From Camelus ferus (lineage: Eukaryota), in the NCBI RefSeq assembly GCF_009834535.1, contig NC_045697.1, forward strand, positions 22,942,001-23,006,000: DNA of 64,000 nucleotides. The letters are read 5' to 3'. Positions 37,066 to 49,649 of the stretch are shown here, piece after piece. Positions within the stretch are counted from its first letter, which is position 1; every line of letters starts with the position of its first letter. Below the pieces are notes generated by a model. The model did not search any database. It saw only the letters and a program-made list of their open reading frames with translations, and had not been told where the DNA came from. The translations under genes and the position numbers were made by a program.

Positions 37066-39590
37066 GAGGCTCATATGAGGCCTGAATAACGTGGGAGGGG
37101 TCTGTGTAAAGCAAGCAAACTCCTTCACAACAAACTGGCAGCGCATCAATTATTGACGTGAAGGAAAGGAAGTATTAGGAGACCCTGTGCTTTAAATTAG
37201 ATAGTAAGGAATTAAAATTAAAAGCAATGATTATGGTAACATAGTATGTTATAATAATAATGAAAGTAGAATCAGTTGAAGATATTAGTAAGAAGATTCT
37301 ACCAGTGGAAATTTTTTAAATTACATAATTCATTATAGTAATTGAAAGAGAAATAACAAGTCGTGCTTATTAGCCAACAAGTTGATGCCACTCACCGAAC
37401 GAGATTCAGAGACATATGGACCTTAGCAATAAGGATCATCATGTGTTGGCGTTGTAGACATGAAGATGTATGATGTGTTGAGAAAAAGAATTTCAACTGC
37501 TTATAGTTAAGATGCATCACACAGGAAGTAGAAGCTTGGAAAGACTTGATAAAGATGATTTATTAAAATATTCTAGCATGAAGTTTGGAGAAGACAATGA
37601 AAACAACTGGAATGAAAAGTTAAAAGTCACAAAGCATCCATCAGTGTGGTTTTAAATTCAAGTTTTTACCTTTCTAAGAAAGAAGTCCTTTATTTTCTAT
37701 TAAAATATTGGTAAATGGAAGTACATTTCCGTGTGTGAACTTAAAATACACTCTTTTAGTAAATTTTGTTTCATAGACTGGGATTCCTCACTTTGTTATT
37801 TTTTTTTTGCAATAACCAACTTTTGTTAGTCACAAGACATTGATAGGAGAGGTTCTCCTAAACAACCAAAAACCGTATTAGTACTTGTGCATTTTTACTT
37901 CTGGGGATAGTGTTACCAGACGTGTTCCATTTTCTTCTCTGCCCCTCTCATCAATTCTTAATAGGAATTTAATTATTCGAATACAGACATTAGGCATGTA
38001 TCTGAATGAACATATTTTATAAGAAATAAAGTTTAAACTGTTACTATCACCTTGAAAGTTATTTAAAAAACATTTGATGATGTCTATAAGTATGCTTATT
38101 TAGATATTCACTCAATAGGTTATTTTGGATCCCTTCTTTGTGGTTACAATTATCTTAGCTTTATGTTTAGTTTAACTTTTTTCATATTGAATGGAGATTC
38201 AACATGCAAAGACACATAAATCAATAGTAAATGTACATAAAAGGATAAAAACAAATACTCCATGGTACCCACACCTATTGATTAAAGCTTATATGTAGAC
38301 AAGAGCTAGCATTAGTCAATGTAGAATGCATTTTAAAATATTAAATTTTAATTTAACTGATTTAATACTTATATTAATAACCGTAGTCACATTAAAAAGA
38401 TTATACCACTTCAACATACATGCAAAATAATAAATTTAAATTTATATAATCTATTTTTAAATGCCATTTTATTTTCAGTCATAACCATCTTCAAAATTAC
38501 TCAGCAGGTTATAGACAACAATTCTAAAAATATGAAACTGTGTTATAGTTTGGGAAAATAACACATTATTTCTTCTCCTATAAATATAATCCTTTTATTC
38601 TTCCAGATGATCAACCAACAGCTGCTGATTGCATCAGCTGTCCTTTATTTTGATAAATGAAACTTTTGTTGTTGTTGTTGGAATAAGCTGTTTTTAATAA
38701 CAGTGGAGCAGGGGAGAAAGTTCATGGTTTGGGTGATACGGAAGAAATTCCTATGCAGATTTTACTTTCAAGATTTATCTTACTAATACATATTTCCTTT
38801 ACCCCCAGAAAAGTAGTTATATTGTACCTCAAATGCAGAGTTGCACAACTCCTTGATACTTTCAGTGTTCTGCAATAGCAAATGCAAAAAATCCTAATCA
38901 AAATCCAGCCTGGGTTGCCTCTTGAACAGTGAAGATACAGCTTGTTTATAGGAAAATACACTCATAGCCATGTATTTCAGTTTATGGAATTTTAAAAAAC
39001 TATTTTGAAATAATTTTTAAATAAACTAAAACTACTTTAAAGACACTAACAATTCTTTTTAAATGCAATGACAAAGACTTTTGAAAAATTATAAAAATTA
39101 ATTTTGTTTTTGTCAATCCAGACTTTCATATATCCAGTTTGTTAATGGCACCTTGATATGATCAAACATTTTAACTTCAGTAGACATAAAAATGTTCATT
39201 GGTTTAGAATAAGTATAAATAAGAGATTAAAATAAAATAAAATAATCAATCCATAGATATTAATAACCACTTCTTTAAATTCTACATGTATCTTTTGAAT
39301 CCCTTGTTTGCTGCAGGCAAACACTGTTATTTTGTTTGTTTGGTTTTTGACTGCCTATATACATTATATTGCATGTAAATATATATATACAATATACTAC
39401 ACTTTTTTTTAGTTTACATATATGTACTGATCATTGTTTCTGAGAACAGATTAGAGTTTTAGCTTTTTAAACTTACATAGTTATCAAAGGAATAAAGCCA
39501 ATCATAAAATAAATCAACAGAATGCAGTAATCCAATCATAAAGGACAATCAAATGTGCTTACACATATTCAAGAAATCAATCATCTAAGT

Positions 39591-40516
39591 TATAAATAAT
39601 AAGTAGTTCATTTTTGCTCTTATTTATTTTTTATTTTTTTAGATTCCACATATAAGTGATATCATATGGCATTCTTCTTTCTCTTTCCAGCCCACTTCAC
39701 CTAGACTGATGATCTCCAGGTCCATCCATGTTGCTGCAAATGGCATTATTTTATTCTTTTTTATGGCTGACTAGTGTTCCACTGTATATATGTACCACAT
39801 CTTCTTTATCCATTCATCTGTTGATGGACATTTGGGTTGTTTCTATGTCTTGGCTATTGTAAATAGTGCTACTATGAACACTGGAGTGCAAGAGTCTTTT
39901 TGAATTAAGGTTCCCTCTGGATATATCCCCAGGAGTGGGACTGCTGGATCATATGGTAAGTCTATTTTCAGTTTTTTAAGGAACCTCCATACTGTCCTCC
40001 ATAGTGGCTGTACCAATCTACACTCCCACCAGCTGTATAGGAGGGTTCCCTTTTCTCCACACCCTTCCCATCCTCTACCTTTTGTAAGCTTTTTAATGAT
40101 GGCCCTTCTGGCTGGTGTGAGGTGATATCTCACTGCAGTTTTGATCTGCATTTCTCTGATAATTAGCAATGCTGAGCATTTCTTCATGTGCCTGTTGAAC
40201 ATTTGTATATCTTCATGGAGAATTGCTTGTTTAGGTCTTCTGACAATTTTTGGATTGGATTGGATTGCTTGTCTTTTTGATATTAAGGTGTACAAGTCAT
40301 TTATATACTTTGGAAATTTTCCCTTGTTGGTCATATCATTTACAAATATTTTCTCTCATTCTGTAGGTTGTCTTTTCGTTTTGTTGATGGTATACTTAGC
40401 TGTGAAAAAACTTTTAAGTTTAATTAGATCCCATTTGTTTATTTTTGCTTTTATTTCCATTACTCCAGGAGATGGTTCAAAAAATATATTGCTGTGATTT
40501 ATGTCTGAGACTGTTT
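39591..40516 (-). mobile_element. Camelid-type LINE-1 fragment (ORF2 C-terminus + start of 3' UTR)
   Basis: ORF 39843-40334 (-) '[62 protein letters not shown]' is the L1 ORF2p C-terminal region. Confidence 0.96.
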
Positions 40517-40724
40517 TTGATTTTTAAAATCTGCCATTATTATACATATCCTGACAAATTAAAAAAAATTGAAAAGGTCCCTTCTCTTGGACCTCTATTG
40601 GTATGTGAAAAAATATATACATTTTAATCATTCTGACAATGGTGACAATAAAAAAGTTATATCACTCCCCATTTTTAAAAGTTTAACTTTAAATAAAATA
40701 CCTATGAGTTAAGTTAGCACTGGC

Positions 40725-40726
<2 letters not shown>

Positions 40727-40764
<38 letters not shown>
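40727..40764 (+). repeat. (TTA)n microsatellite
   Basis: Seen directly in the sequence. Confidence 0.97.
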
Positions 40765-41667
40765 TCTTTTTGAGAATGAGTGAATAATGTACCAACATAC
40801 AGCAAATTCTGTCAAATAAATATTTTAAAGTCTTCTGTTTTAAATCTTAAACTTGACACTCATTTGAGCACTTCGGAAGGCTATAATGTTCTCCATAGCA
40901 TTTGGTATTTTCACTGTACTTCCAGTGCACTGAATTGTTCTGTGAAGTACTATGTGTGTTGCTGTAATTATCACCTCATAATTATTATTATTTTTATTAC
41001 TGCCGTGTTAGAAGATGCAGTATCTTGGTCAAATCTGTACCTTGCCATTCCATTGATGGGAATGTCCCTGAGTGAAGATATCATTTTTACCAATACTTCT
41101 TGTATTCTAAAGTTCCAATAATCAACTTTATTTATTTATTCATTTCTGTAGTCTATCTCCCCTTTTTATTTGTTTATCCAATGTTCCATTGCAAGTCCTT
41201 TCAGTAAATAATAACATTTTAATTATAAAACTGTTAAAATTGTGTAACAATTTCTTTGTGGGCTTTTTTTTTTTTTTTTTGAGTATATGAAAAATGTTTG
41301 ATTTTTTCCCTCACTAATTCTGGGCCTTCTAAATCAAAAATTTTACTTAAACCAAGCTAACACTCTATCCTTTGATATTACAAAAATATCGAAGGAAATT
41401 TAAAATTTTGCTCCAAATGTAGAGTTATAAGAAATACACAAAATTTACTTGGATAAAATTGGGATGACCAATTTGTTGAATGTGACATATATCTTCTTAG
41501 TAATTTGGATTATTTCACTCAAACTTTTCAATATACTGTGTAAGTATACATCATATAGCAAAGGATTTATTTATTTGCTATTTTCAGAAATTTATCATTA
41601 TACATTTGGAAATATAGATTCATCTTTTCATTAAAGAATGTTTAAAAACTCAAAGGATAGCAAAGCA

Positions 41668-41761
41668 TTTTTTTTCTTTTTTCTTTATTGAAGTATAGTC
41701 AGTTTACAGTGTTGCATCAATTTCTGGTGTACAGCATAGTGTTTCAGTCATACATATGCAT
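41668..41761 (-). mobile_element. Very short camelid-type L1 3' terminus with tail
   Basis: T-rich tail followed by 'attgaagtatagtcagtttacagtgttgcatcaatttctggtgtacagcatagtgtttcagtcatacat'. Confidence 0.9.
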
Positions 41762-42229
41762 AGCACTGTTTTTAAAACATATTCTCTGGCAGAAAATAAA
41801 CTTGAAAATCGAGTGAATATCAATGATATTTCATTTTCTTTAGATTTCAGTACAGTTATTTTTGAATAGAACACCATGATCAAATAGACGTTTAGATAAC
41901 TGTAACTTGCTAAAAAGGAACCGATCATATATATATGATACATATATGATATATATATCACTGTCTCTGAGATTTTAGTTTTGTTTTGTTTCTCATCTTT
42001 AATTTAGAATTTCTTATTTCCTCTCTGTAAATATCTCGTGAAAAAATAACATGATAAAAAACTGTTACTATATAAGCACATTTAGGGTAAGTTGGGACAG
42101 TTTGGTTAGCACATATCTGCTTTAGTAAGAAAATCACAAATCATTCATATTTCTAAGAATACAGTATGCTTCTTAACATATATATGTATATGGACATATT
42201 TAGATTACTGGCACAAAATTGTGTTGCAA

Positions 42230-42611
42230 TAATCCACTTAATTTGTTGTGAAGATTGTTTTTTAACTATTCATCATACTTTCATGCTCCTTTTAATGACT
42301 CAGTTCTGACCACTTTGCTCCAGAGACAGACATGTAATCCAACAAGCATTAGGGGTATATATTAAGATTCTTGCTGGGATTGTTGGAATAGAGTCATTTT
42401 TTTCTGGGTATAAATATGAAGCCTATATTTGTGAGAAGCTACCATCTGGAGCACAGACAAAGGGCAGAAGACCTAAAAGCAGGAAATAAGATAATTTTTG
42501 AGTTAATGAATCCAGTTATAATATCTTAAGCCTATAAATATGAACCAGTAAATTTCTTTTCCTTCAATCTTTTTAAATTAACCTGCAGGTGAGATGCACT
42601 TAATTGATACT
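42230..42611 (+). mobile_element. Old MLT1K/L-like LTR
   Basis: 'tttgagttaatgaatccagt...atgaaccagtaaatttcttttcc...acctgca..taattgatac'; highly diverged. Confidence 0.5.
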
Positions 42612-45027
42612 CTAAGGTTACCTATAAAAGAAAACCTGAAAACTCGACAAGCTAAAGTTTTTAAGTGAAAGTTAGTAGCTATTAATGCATTTCCCTAAAT
42701 AAAGATTATTTTCTAAATAAGTGACAAATTTAAAAATATATATATTTATTTGAAAAATATTCAGCCCCTACTTAGGATAATCACTCACAAAAAAACAAAT
42801 AAACAAACAAAAAAACAGCTAAAAACTTGGACTCTAGAAGCTTGTCTTCTGATATGAGGCAATTTAATAACTAATGTTGAGTCTTCCTTTTTCTTTTCTT
42901 TTTTTCTTCCATATGCCATAAAGTTTTTAGAAAATAGGTCTTAGATAAATATAAAAAGGCATTAAAATTATGAGCCATTTTCCCAGGAGACCCCAAGACT
43001 GAATTTTCATTTTAAATCTGTTCTTGACCTGCGAAGAGGACCCTTACAGGGAATGAGAAGATGACATGGAGGTGAACTTATTTACACGGTAGAACTTGGG
43101 AGGTGCAATTAACATGCCCTCCGTTCCAAGCTATCATCCCCATTGGTTAGTCATCACCACAGAGCTTTCACCATCAGAAACTCCTAATTTTGGCTGAAAG
43201 CGTTGCTTCTCTTGGAGTTCTGATGCAATCTTGGGTGTCAGGGCAGAGTTACAGGTCAAATTCCCTACTAGATATCTCCAGTTAAGTTTCTAATAAATAT
43301 TTTTAAAAAAACTCCTAACATTTTCCCTTCACTTGCAATCTTAAACGTCTCCTTTTAGGAGGAATGAAGAGAATGTGTCCAAAACTTGCTATGCTCTTGG
43401 AAGTCTGAGTTAAGGCAGCATTAAGCAGCAAGAATTAAAGAAAAAGTTGAGTTAGGGGTGCAGAGCTACATAGACACAGGAGAAAGACAGGCCTATTGAA
43501 GCTGACACACATCCATCTATGTAGTTTTTTCGACTTGCCCCTTTTTCATCGCATGAAATAGTACTCTAAAGACCTGGCTGAAACTTACAGACTGTGGCTA
43601 GAACTTTAAAATACGTGGGATAGAGTTACCTCTAAGACACAATCTGCAGAGGTGATTAGTACATGTTAAGTGTCCATTGTCCCTAGGGTGTTACATCATT
43701 TAAGTGTCCAGTTTAAGGTAGCAATACCCCTCCTCCAACCCTTTTAAATTAGGAAGGCTGAGATTCAAAGAAGCAAAATTGGTATACAGTTATGAAATAA
43801 GAAGAGATATTCTGTTCAATCTGATTAAACCTCCTCTCCTCTTTAAATAATATATATGAAAATAGAAGTCACAGAATTTAGTCAATTAACAGAGACAACC
43901 CAGGCAGGTTTCTCTTATAACAACTGCATGAAAGCAGTGTTACTAATGGACAAAGCATCCCCAACATAAACCTAGCAGATGACCTCCCAGAGTGGGTCAG
44001 GGAGCACCTTGTGCAGCTTGCTGGCTCTCAGAATAATCTCAGGAGAAGGAATAATCTCTTTTACATTCAGTTACGAATTGAGTGTCAAGAAGAAAACTAG
44101 ACAATTTGAGGACTATCATGATTGGTGATACAGAGTGCTAATTGTAAAGAAATTCTTCCTTTAGCTTTTGTGAACAACAACAAAAGTAAAAGCATAAGCA
44201 CAGATATAAAGTACTTTAAATATGCTGAAATAACAATACTTTTGAAATGCTTAATGGCACAGAGATATTTTGAAAGTTGTTTTGGGGAGAAAATAGCATT
44301 AATATTTTATAGTATTTTAGCAAATACATTTAAATCCTCTACGATTAATCAGAATGGACAACATGATTATTAGGTTAACCTGCTTAAAGGCACCCGAGAA
44401 CACGTTTTCTCTCTAGAACTTACCAATTTTGTTTGTTTGAATCAGTATCCCCCCGAAATTCCACCTTCAGATGACTTAGTGTGCTTTCTAATCCTAAATT
44501 TGACGTTAAAACAGCTAAAATATTATATTTATATTTGCTCATTATTTCAAGCCCTGTCACATCACTTATGGTGTATTACTTAATGACAAATAGTGCCATA
44601 AATGTAATTGCATACTATAAAATATCATAATAGAATAAATAAAACAGAGAACTCAGTGGGTTCATTTTATTTTCCTTGAAACATTAACCAAGCATTGCTA
44701 TTATCTCCAGTGACAGAAACTGGTGATGACAAAAGGCTTGCATTTTCCACTGCTGAGCTGAAAACACAGATTAGGAAACAGACAGAATTTTTTATAACTT
44801 TATTTTGAGGTGTATAGATAATCATTATGCTTTTTCCAGGTGTGATTAAAGCCATTTTGATATCGAGCAAGGCAAAAAAAAAATAATTTACTTTTCAAGG
44901 CAAAAGCTAAATGAAGCCTCAGAGAGTCATTTAATCTTGTCCTTTTTCTCTAACCAGGGCTAAACCTAAAAACAGCAGAGAGATGAATCAAGGTCCAAGA
45001 TGAAGGTCAAGTCAGTCCTTTTCAGTA

Positions 45028-46200
45028 GTCATCCGTCCACTCATCCACTGATTCACTGATTCCCCTACTCAACAAACACTAATTCAATGTTTTCCAAGTG
45101 CTAGGTACTGGGGATGCAGGGTCATATTCCAAATCTTTGCCATCAAGAAACCTACAGGGGATGAGGAAAAACTTTGAGATGGGAAAAACGATGGTAAACA
45201 AGAATCCTGAATGATGAAAGATGTTTGATCAGGAGGAGAGAAACATAAAAAACATTACAGACCACATTGTAGTTTTGATTTGCATTTCTCTGATAATCAG
45301 TGATACTGAGCACTTTTTCATGTGCCCAAAGGCTATTTATATTTGTTTGTCTTCCTTGAAGAAATGTCTGTTTAGGTCTTTTGCCCATTTTTTGGATTGG
45401 GATGTTTGTTTTTTGTATTGAGTTTATGAGCTGTTTGTGTATTTTGGAAATTAAGACCTTGTCAGTCAAAGTAAGCCAGAAAGAAAAAGAAAAATATCAC
45501 TAATATGTGGAATCAAAAAAAAAAAAAAAAAAGACACAAATGTACTTATTTACAAAACAGAAGTAGACTCACAGATCTAAAAAACAAACTTATGGTTACC
45601 GGGGTTGGGGAGAAATGGAGGGGGTGGAGGAATAAACTTAGAGTTTGGGATTTGCAGATATTAACTCCTATATATAAAGTAGATATACAACAAGGTCCTA
45701 CTGTTTAGCACAGGGAACTATATTCAACATCTTGTAATAGCCTATAATGAAAAAGAATATGAAAAGGAGTATATATATGTATAACTGAATCATTATGCTG
45801 TAGACCAGAAATTAACACAATATTGTAAACCAACTATACTTCAATAAAAATAATATTAAAGAAAATACATTACAGACACATGGAGCACTTGAAACGGTGC
45901 AATGCCCAGGACCGGGTGGTGAGAGGGAGGCTGAAGAGGCAGAGAAGAGGAATGAGGAATTTATCCTGAGGTCACTGCCCCGCTATTGAAGGGCTTTAAG
46001 CTGGAGAGTGATTAATTAACATATGTATTTTAGAAATATTATAATTGCAATATGGGGAAATGCTGGATGAACGGAAGTGAGAAGACCACTTACAGCCTCC
46101 CATTAGTAAGAAATTAGGTCCCGTATTACAAATTGGGGACAATGGATATGGAATGCAATGGACACAGAAAAGACTGTTTGCAGAAAGTACTGTGTCAAAC
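45028..46200 (-). mobile_element. L2 remnant, split by an inverted L1
   Basis: 3' end 'ctcaacaaacactaattcaatg..ccaagtgctaggtactggggatgcag'; continuation 'gaatttatcctgaggtca..ctattgaagggctttaagc..tgtattttagaaat'. Confidence 0.75.
45263..45861 (+). mobile_element. 5'-inverted LINE-1 (45263-45467 antisense; 45469-45861 sense)
   Basis: TSD aaaa(a/t)acattacagac at 45247-45262 and 45862-45877. Antisense ORF2 piece 'cattgtagttttgatttgcatttctctgataat'; sense 3' UTR from 'aagtaagccagaaagaaaaagaaaaata'. Confidence 0.93.
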
Positions 46201-46774
46201 CATGTATATATCTTTCATTTCTGTTTCAGGTGATAGAGAAATTAGCAATTTAGCTTTGTTAGAGGATACGTAACAACAATTCATGCCCAATAGTTACTCA
46301 ATAAATGTTCCTCCTTTGTATTATAGCAGTCTATCTTTCTACATTACTCTACTTTCTAACAGTTTCATAAAAGAAAAATCTCTTAATGGAACATTGGCAG
46401 AATCATTTAGGTCAAAGTCTAAAAGATTTTATCTTCAGAGCCAGGCACAGGGTGCTTCTGCTTATAAAGTTTTTGCAATAAATACTACATTTAGGCACCT
46501 ATGAATTATTTGATCAATGTTATCAAATTGTTGTTTACAGTGACTCTCCCCTCAAGAACTTGGTAATAAGAGTAAGATGGGCTTCTGAGGTTAAGATCAA
46601 AACAGAGGTATGCAAAGTCGCATTACAAGGAAAGAAATTCATGCAGGTGACTAAGATTTGATTGTGTCCTGAGCAAATTCACTTATTTGTTCAGTAATAT
46701 TTATTTCCTAGATACTATTCTAGGCATATGATCTAAAGTAGATATGAAACTAAATTAAATATTAGATTAATAAA

Positions 46775-47180
46775 TTAGTATTTAGGACACTTTGCTTGCA
46801 AGTAACAAAAACCCAATTTAAAATTAACTTAAATCAAATGAGGGAGTTGGGGGGAGGAAGAAGAGAAGAAGGAAGGGAGGAAGGAAGGAGGCAATGGAAT
46901 GATGCAGTGAAGTAGTTTTTATTGACCCATAAACAGGAAAGTCCATATGGTAGGCTTCAGGGTTGCCTGGGCCCTGTGGCTTCAACTACATCATAGGACT
47001 TTGTCTCTTTCCATTCTGTGCACAGACTTTCTTTATGTATAGTAGTCATTATGATCCCTCAATACTCACATCTCACCACTTCACTCCAAAGAGAGCACTT
47101 TCTTCCTTAGAAACCTGATAGAAAAGACCAGGACAGATTGGTTTAGCCACAAGTCAGGGTCTATTACATGACCAGTCAAG
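46775..47180 (-). mobile_element. MLT1K-like LTR
   Basis: 'ttaggacactttgcttgcaagtaacaaaaacccaatt..tttattgacccataaacaggaaagtcc..ggcttcagg'. Confidence 0.7.
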
Positions 47181-47774
47181 ATACCCACTTAAAATGGTAG
47201 AAAAAGTGCTCATTAGACAAAAATATTTTAGCCTCAGGTACCTGGAAATTAGTGATTATCAAAGGCAATTCTGGCAGTGTCCACCCAGTGGCAAGTCTGA
47301 TTGGTCTCTTCTGGTAGAAACAGATGCACCTAATTATAATAAAAAAAATTAAGTGCTCTTGCAATATAGCTAGTGATAAAGTTCACAGATTCTTCTCTTA
47401 GAAATACTTAGATTTGAGCCTCTTCTCTGCACTAACTTCCATGGTGAACTTGGGTAGTTTATTTCCTCACTTTCTTTTCATGAGAATTTTAGAAATCTAT
47501 ATCTCTTTACCTAATATGTTTATTAATGAATACAGTATCAGCTACGGAAGAGACTGCAGGGGTCATTTTGCCCAAAATATTGCAGGATCTTAAGGTAAGT
47601 GGATGGAAGCAGAGAAGCAGTATATTGTATTATTTGTGCAAATAACTTTAAAAATATGTATATATTTTTCCTGAGCCAGAAATCCTTTTTTGTTTTTTTA
47701 AAGATGTCATTTTCCAAAAAACATGCCTTACACTTCCTAGGATTGTTCCAACTTTTTTTCTCAGGAATACTGAA

Positions 47775-48030
47775 AGCCACCCTGTTCCTGCTGAACTCTT
47801 TTAAGCACATCCAGAATGTTTTATTTCCTCAGGTCCTTTGCACTCGCTGTTTCTGCTGCTGGAAATCGGTATTCTAGTCTCTCTTTTGTCTTGGTCCCTT
47901 ACCTCTTTCAGATGTTGACTCAAATATCACCAACTTAGAGAGTCCTTCCTCACCGTTCCATCTAAAATTGTCACAATTCCCTCCTCTGTATGCAGGGCTA
48001 TTATGTTTGAAATCATCTAAACATTATTTA
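47775..48030 (+). mobile_element. L2 fragment
   Basis: 'cctcaggtcctttgcactcgctgtttctgctgctggaa..ttcagatgttgactcaaatatcacc..agagagtccttcct'. Confidence 0.75.
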
Positions 48031-48039
48031 TAACACTAT

Positions 48040-48362
48040 ATTAAATATTCATAAAGGAGTCCTAGAGACATTAAACAATTTGTGATACATTCACACAAAG
48101 GATGAGATATAGTGTTGCTATAAAAAAACATGATAAATGTTTATATATGAAAATGGAATAATTTCAAAGATATATTGCCACCTTATTTTAGAATGCTCCC
48201 ATTTGTGTATAAAACTATAAAATACATGCACACATACATATGCAAACACATTTATAAAGACATATGTTATTCCTGAAAGAATATCTTATTTCTTTGGGAA
48301 AAATGGTGTTTCATAAAAATGCATGCATTACTTTTCCAATAAAAGACTATTTAAAAAATAAA
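48040..48362 (+). mobile_element. Ancient L1ME-like 3' UTR fragment
   Basis: 'ttaaacaatttgtgatacattcacacaaaggat..atggaataatttcaaagatatattg..atgcatgcattactttt'. Confidence 0.65.
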
Positions 48363-48377
48363 AGAGAGCAATTTATC

Positions 48378-48646
48378 CACTCATTACAGATCATTTATTG
48401 AATAACTATTTCATGCCATGGACTGTGAAGACTGAGCTACCAGGGTTCATAGTGTTGGTTGCAAGCTGGTGTCTCAGATGAGTCCTAGATATAAATCCTA
48501 ACATTTAATATATGATACTATTTGGATATATATTGGGAAGGTTTGAATTAGGACTTGAAGAAGGTGAGAGACTAACTAGTGGACAGAGGGGGAGGAAAGA
48601 GCAAATGCAGTGATCCTCAGACAGGATCAGACCTGCATAGTCGAGG
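48378..48646 (-). mobile_element. L2 fragment
   Basis: 'cactcattacagatcatttattgaataacta..tgccatggactgtg', 'tttgaattaggacttgaagaaggtgagag'. Confidence 0.6.
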
Positions 48647-49649
48647 CCGTGCTAAAGGAACGGCACAGCTATTGACAGGTCTCCTGAGGACAGTGTTAAA
48701 GCATTTTTAGGAAACTGTCCAGCACTTGTCTGGGAGAATAGCCTGCTTTGATACTGCGCTAATCACATTACTTAGGTTGGGCCAAGAATCTTCCACATGA
48801 TCCAGTCTAACTTACCAGGATTCTACAGTATGATTGGGGCAGTAATGTCACTTAATAACATAGTGTTTTATTTTTGTCTTACTCTATTATTTCCCTTTGA
48901 GTGAACTCGGTGGGAAAGGTTATTTTATTGAGAACTATGTAGTTAGAGTTTCCTAGGTCCCTGGAGTAATTCCATTCTAATTGCAGTGTGAAATTTTTCA
49001 TCAGATAGCTGAGAGGATGTACAATTGCAATTTTAATGCTTTTTTTCCCAGTTGTATAAAAGCTTTCATTGAGATAATATTGACTATCTCTCTATCAGCT
49101 GCAAGAGGATTGATTATGAGATTAGTGTAGGGTGTCTACTTTGATACTGAGTTTATATATTATTTTGAACATGTTTAGCATATTAAAAAAGAAAAACTAA
49201 ACTTGCATTTTTAGTCTCTAAAAATTTCACTGTGGAAAAAAATGAGTTAAAAATGGAAATTCTTTATGAGTGTTAAATGCTTTATTGAGTGCATTGTTAA
49301 ATTCTCTTTTTCCACACCGAGATATAAATGAAAAAGATCTGTGTTCAAGATTGAAGTGTATTTGCCTGTGTTGTTTTCCAACTGCTACTAGCCACGCCCT
49401 GCCAACAAAAAAGTTATTGATAATCTTCAAAGCTTGCCAACTAAAACAGAAACATGACAAGATTTTTAAACAGTATGTCTTTACAAGAAACAATAAATAA
49501 TTGAACTTTTTAATGCCCATAAGTGGATAAACTATAAACTTAGTAATATGCCAGATTTTTGTTGCCTCTTAAACCAAAAATGTTTTATTAAAAATATTCA
49601 TTCAATTAGAATGGTTTTGAAAAATTTTAAGAATAAGATTAAGATCTCA

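Noticed and set aside
39843..40334. 163-aa ORF as a host gene
   Set aside because: It is the L1 ORF2p C-terminal fragment of a truncated element.
41668..41761. Missing 3' end of the L1 at 39591-40516
   Set aside because: It lies on the wrong side for a minus-strand element, so it is treated as an independent insertion.
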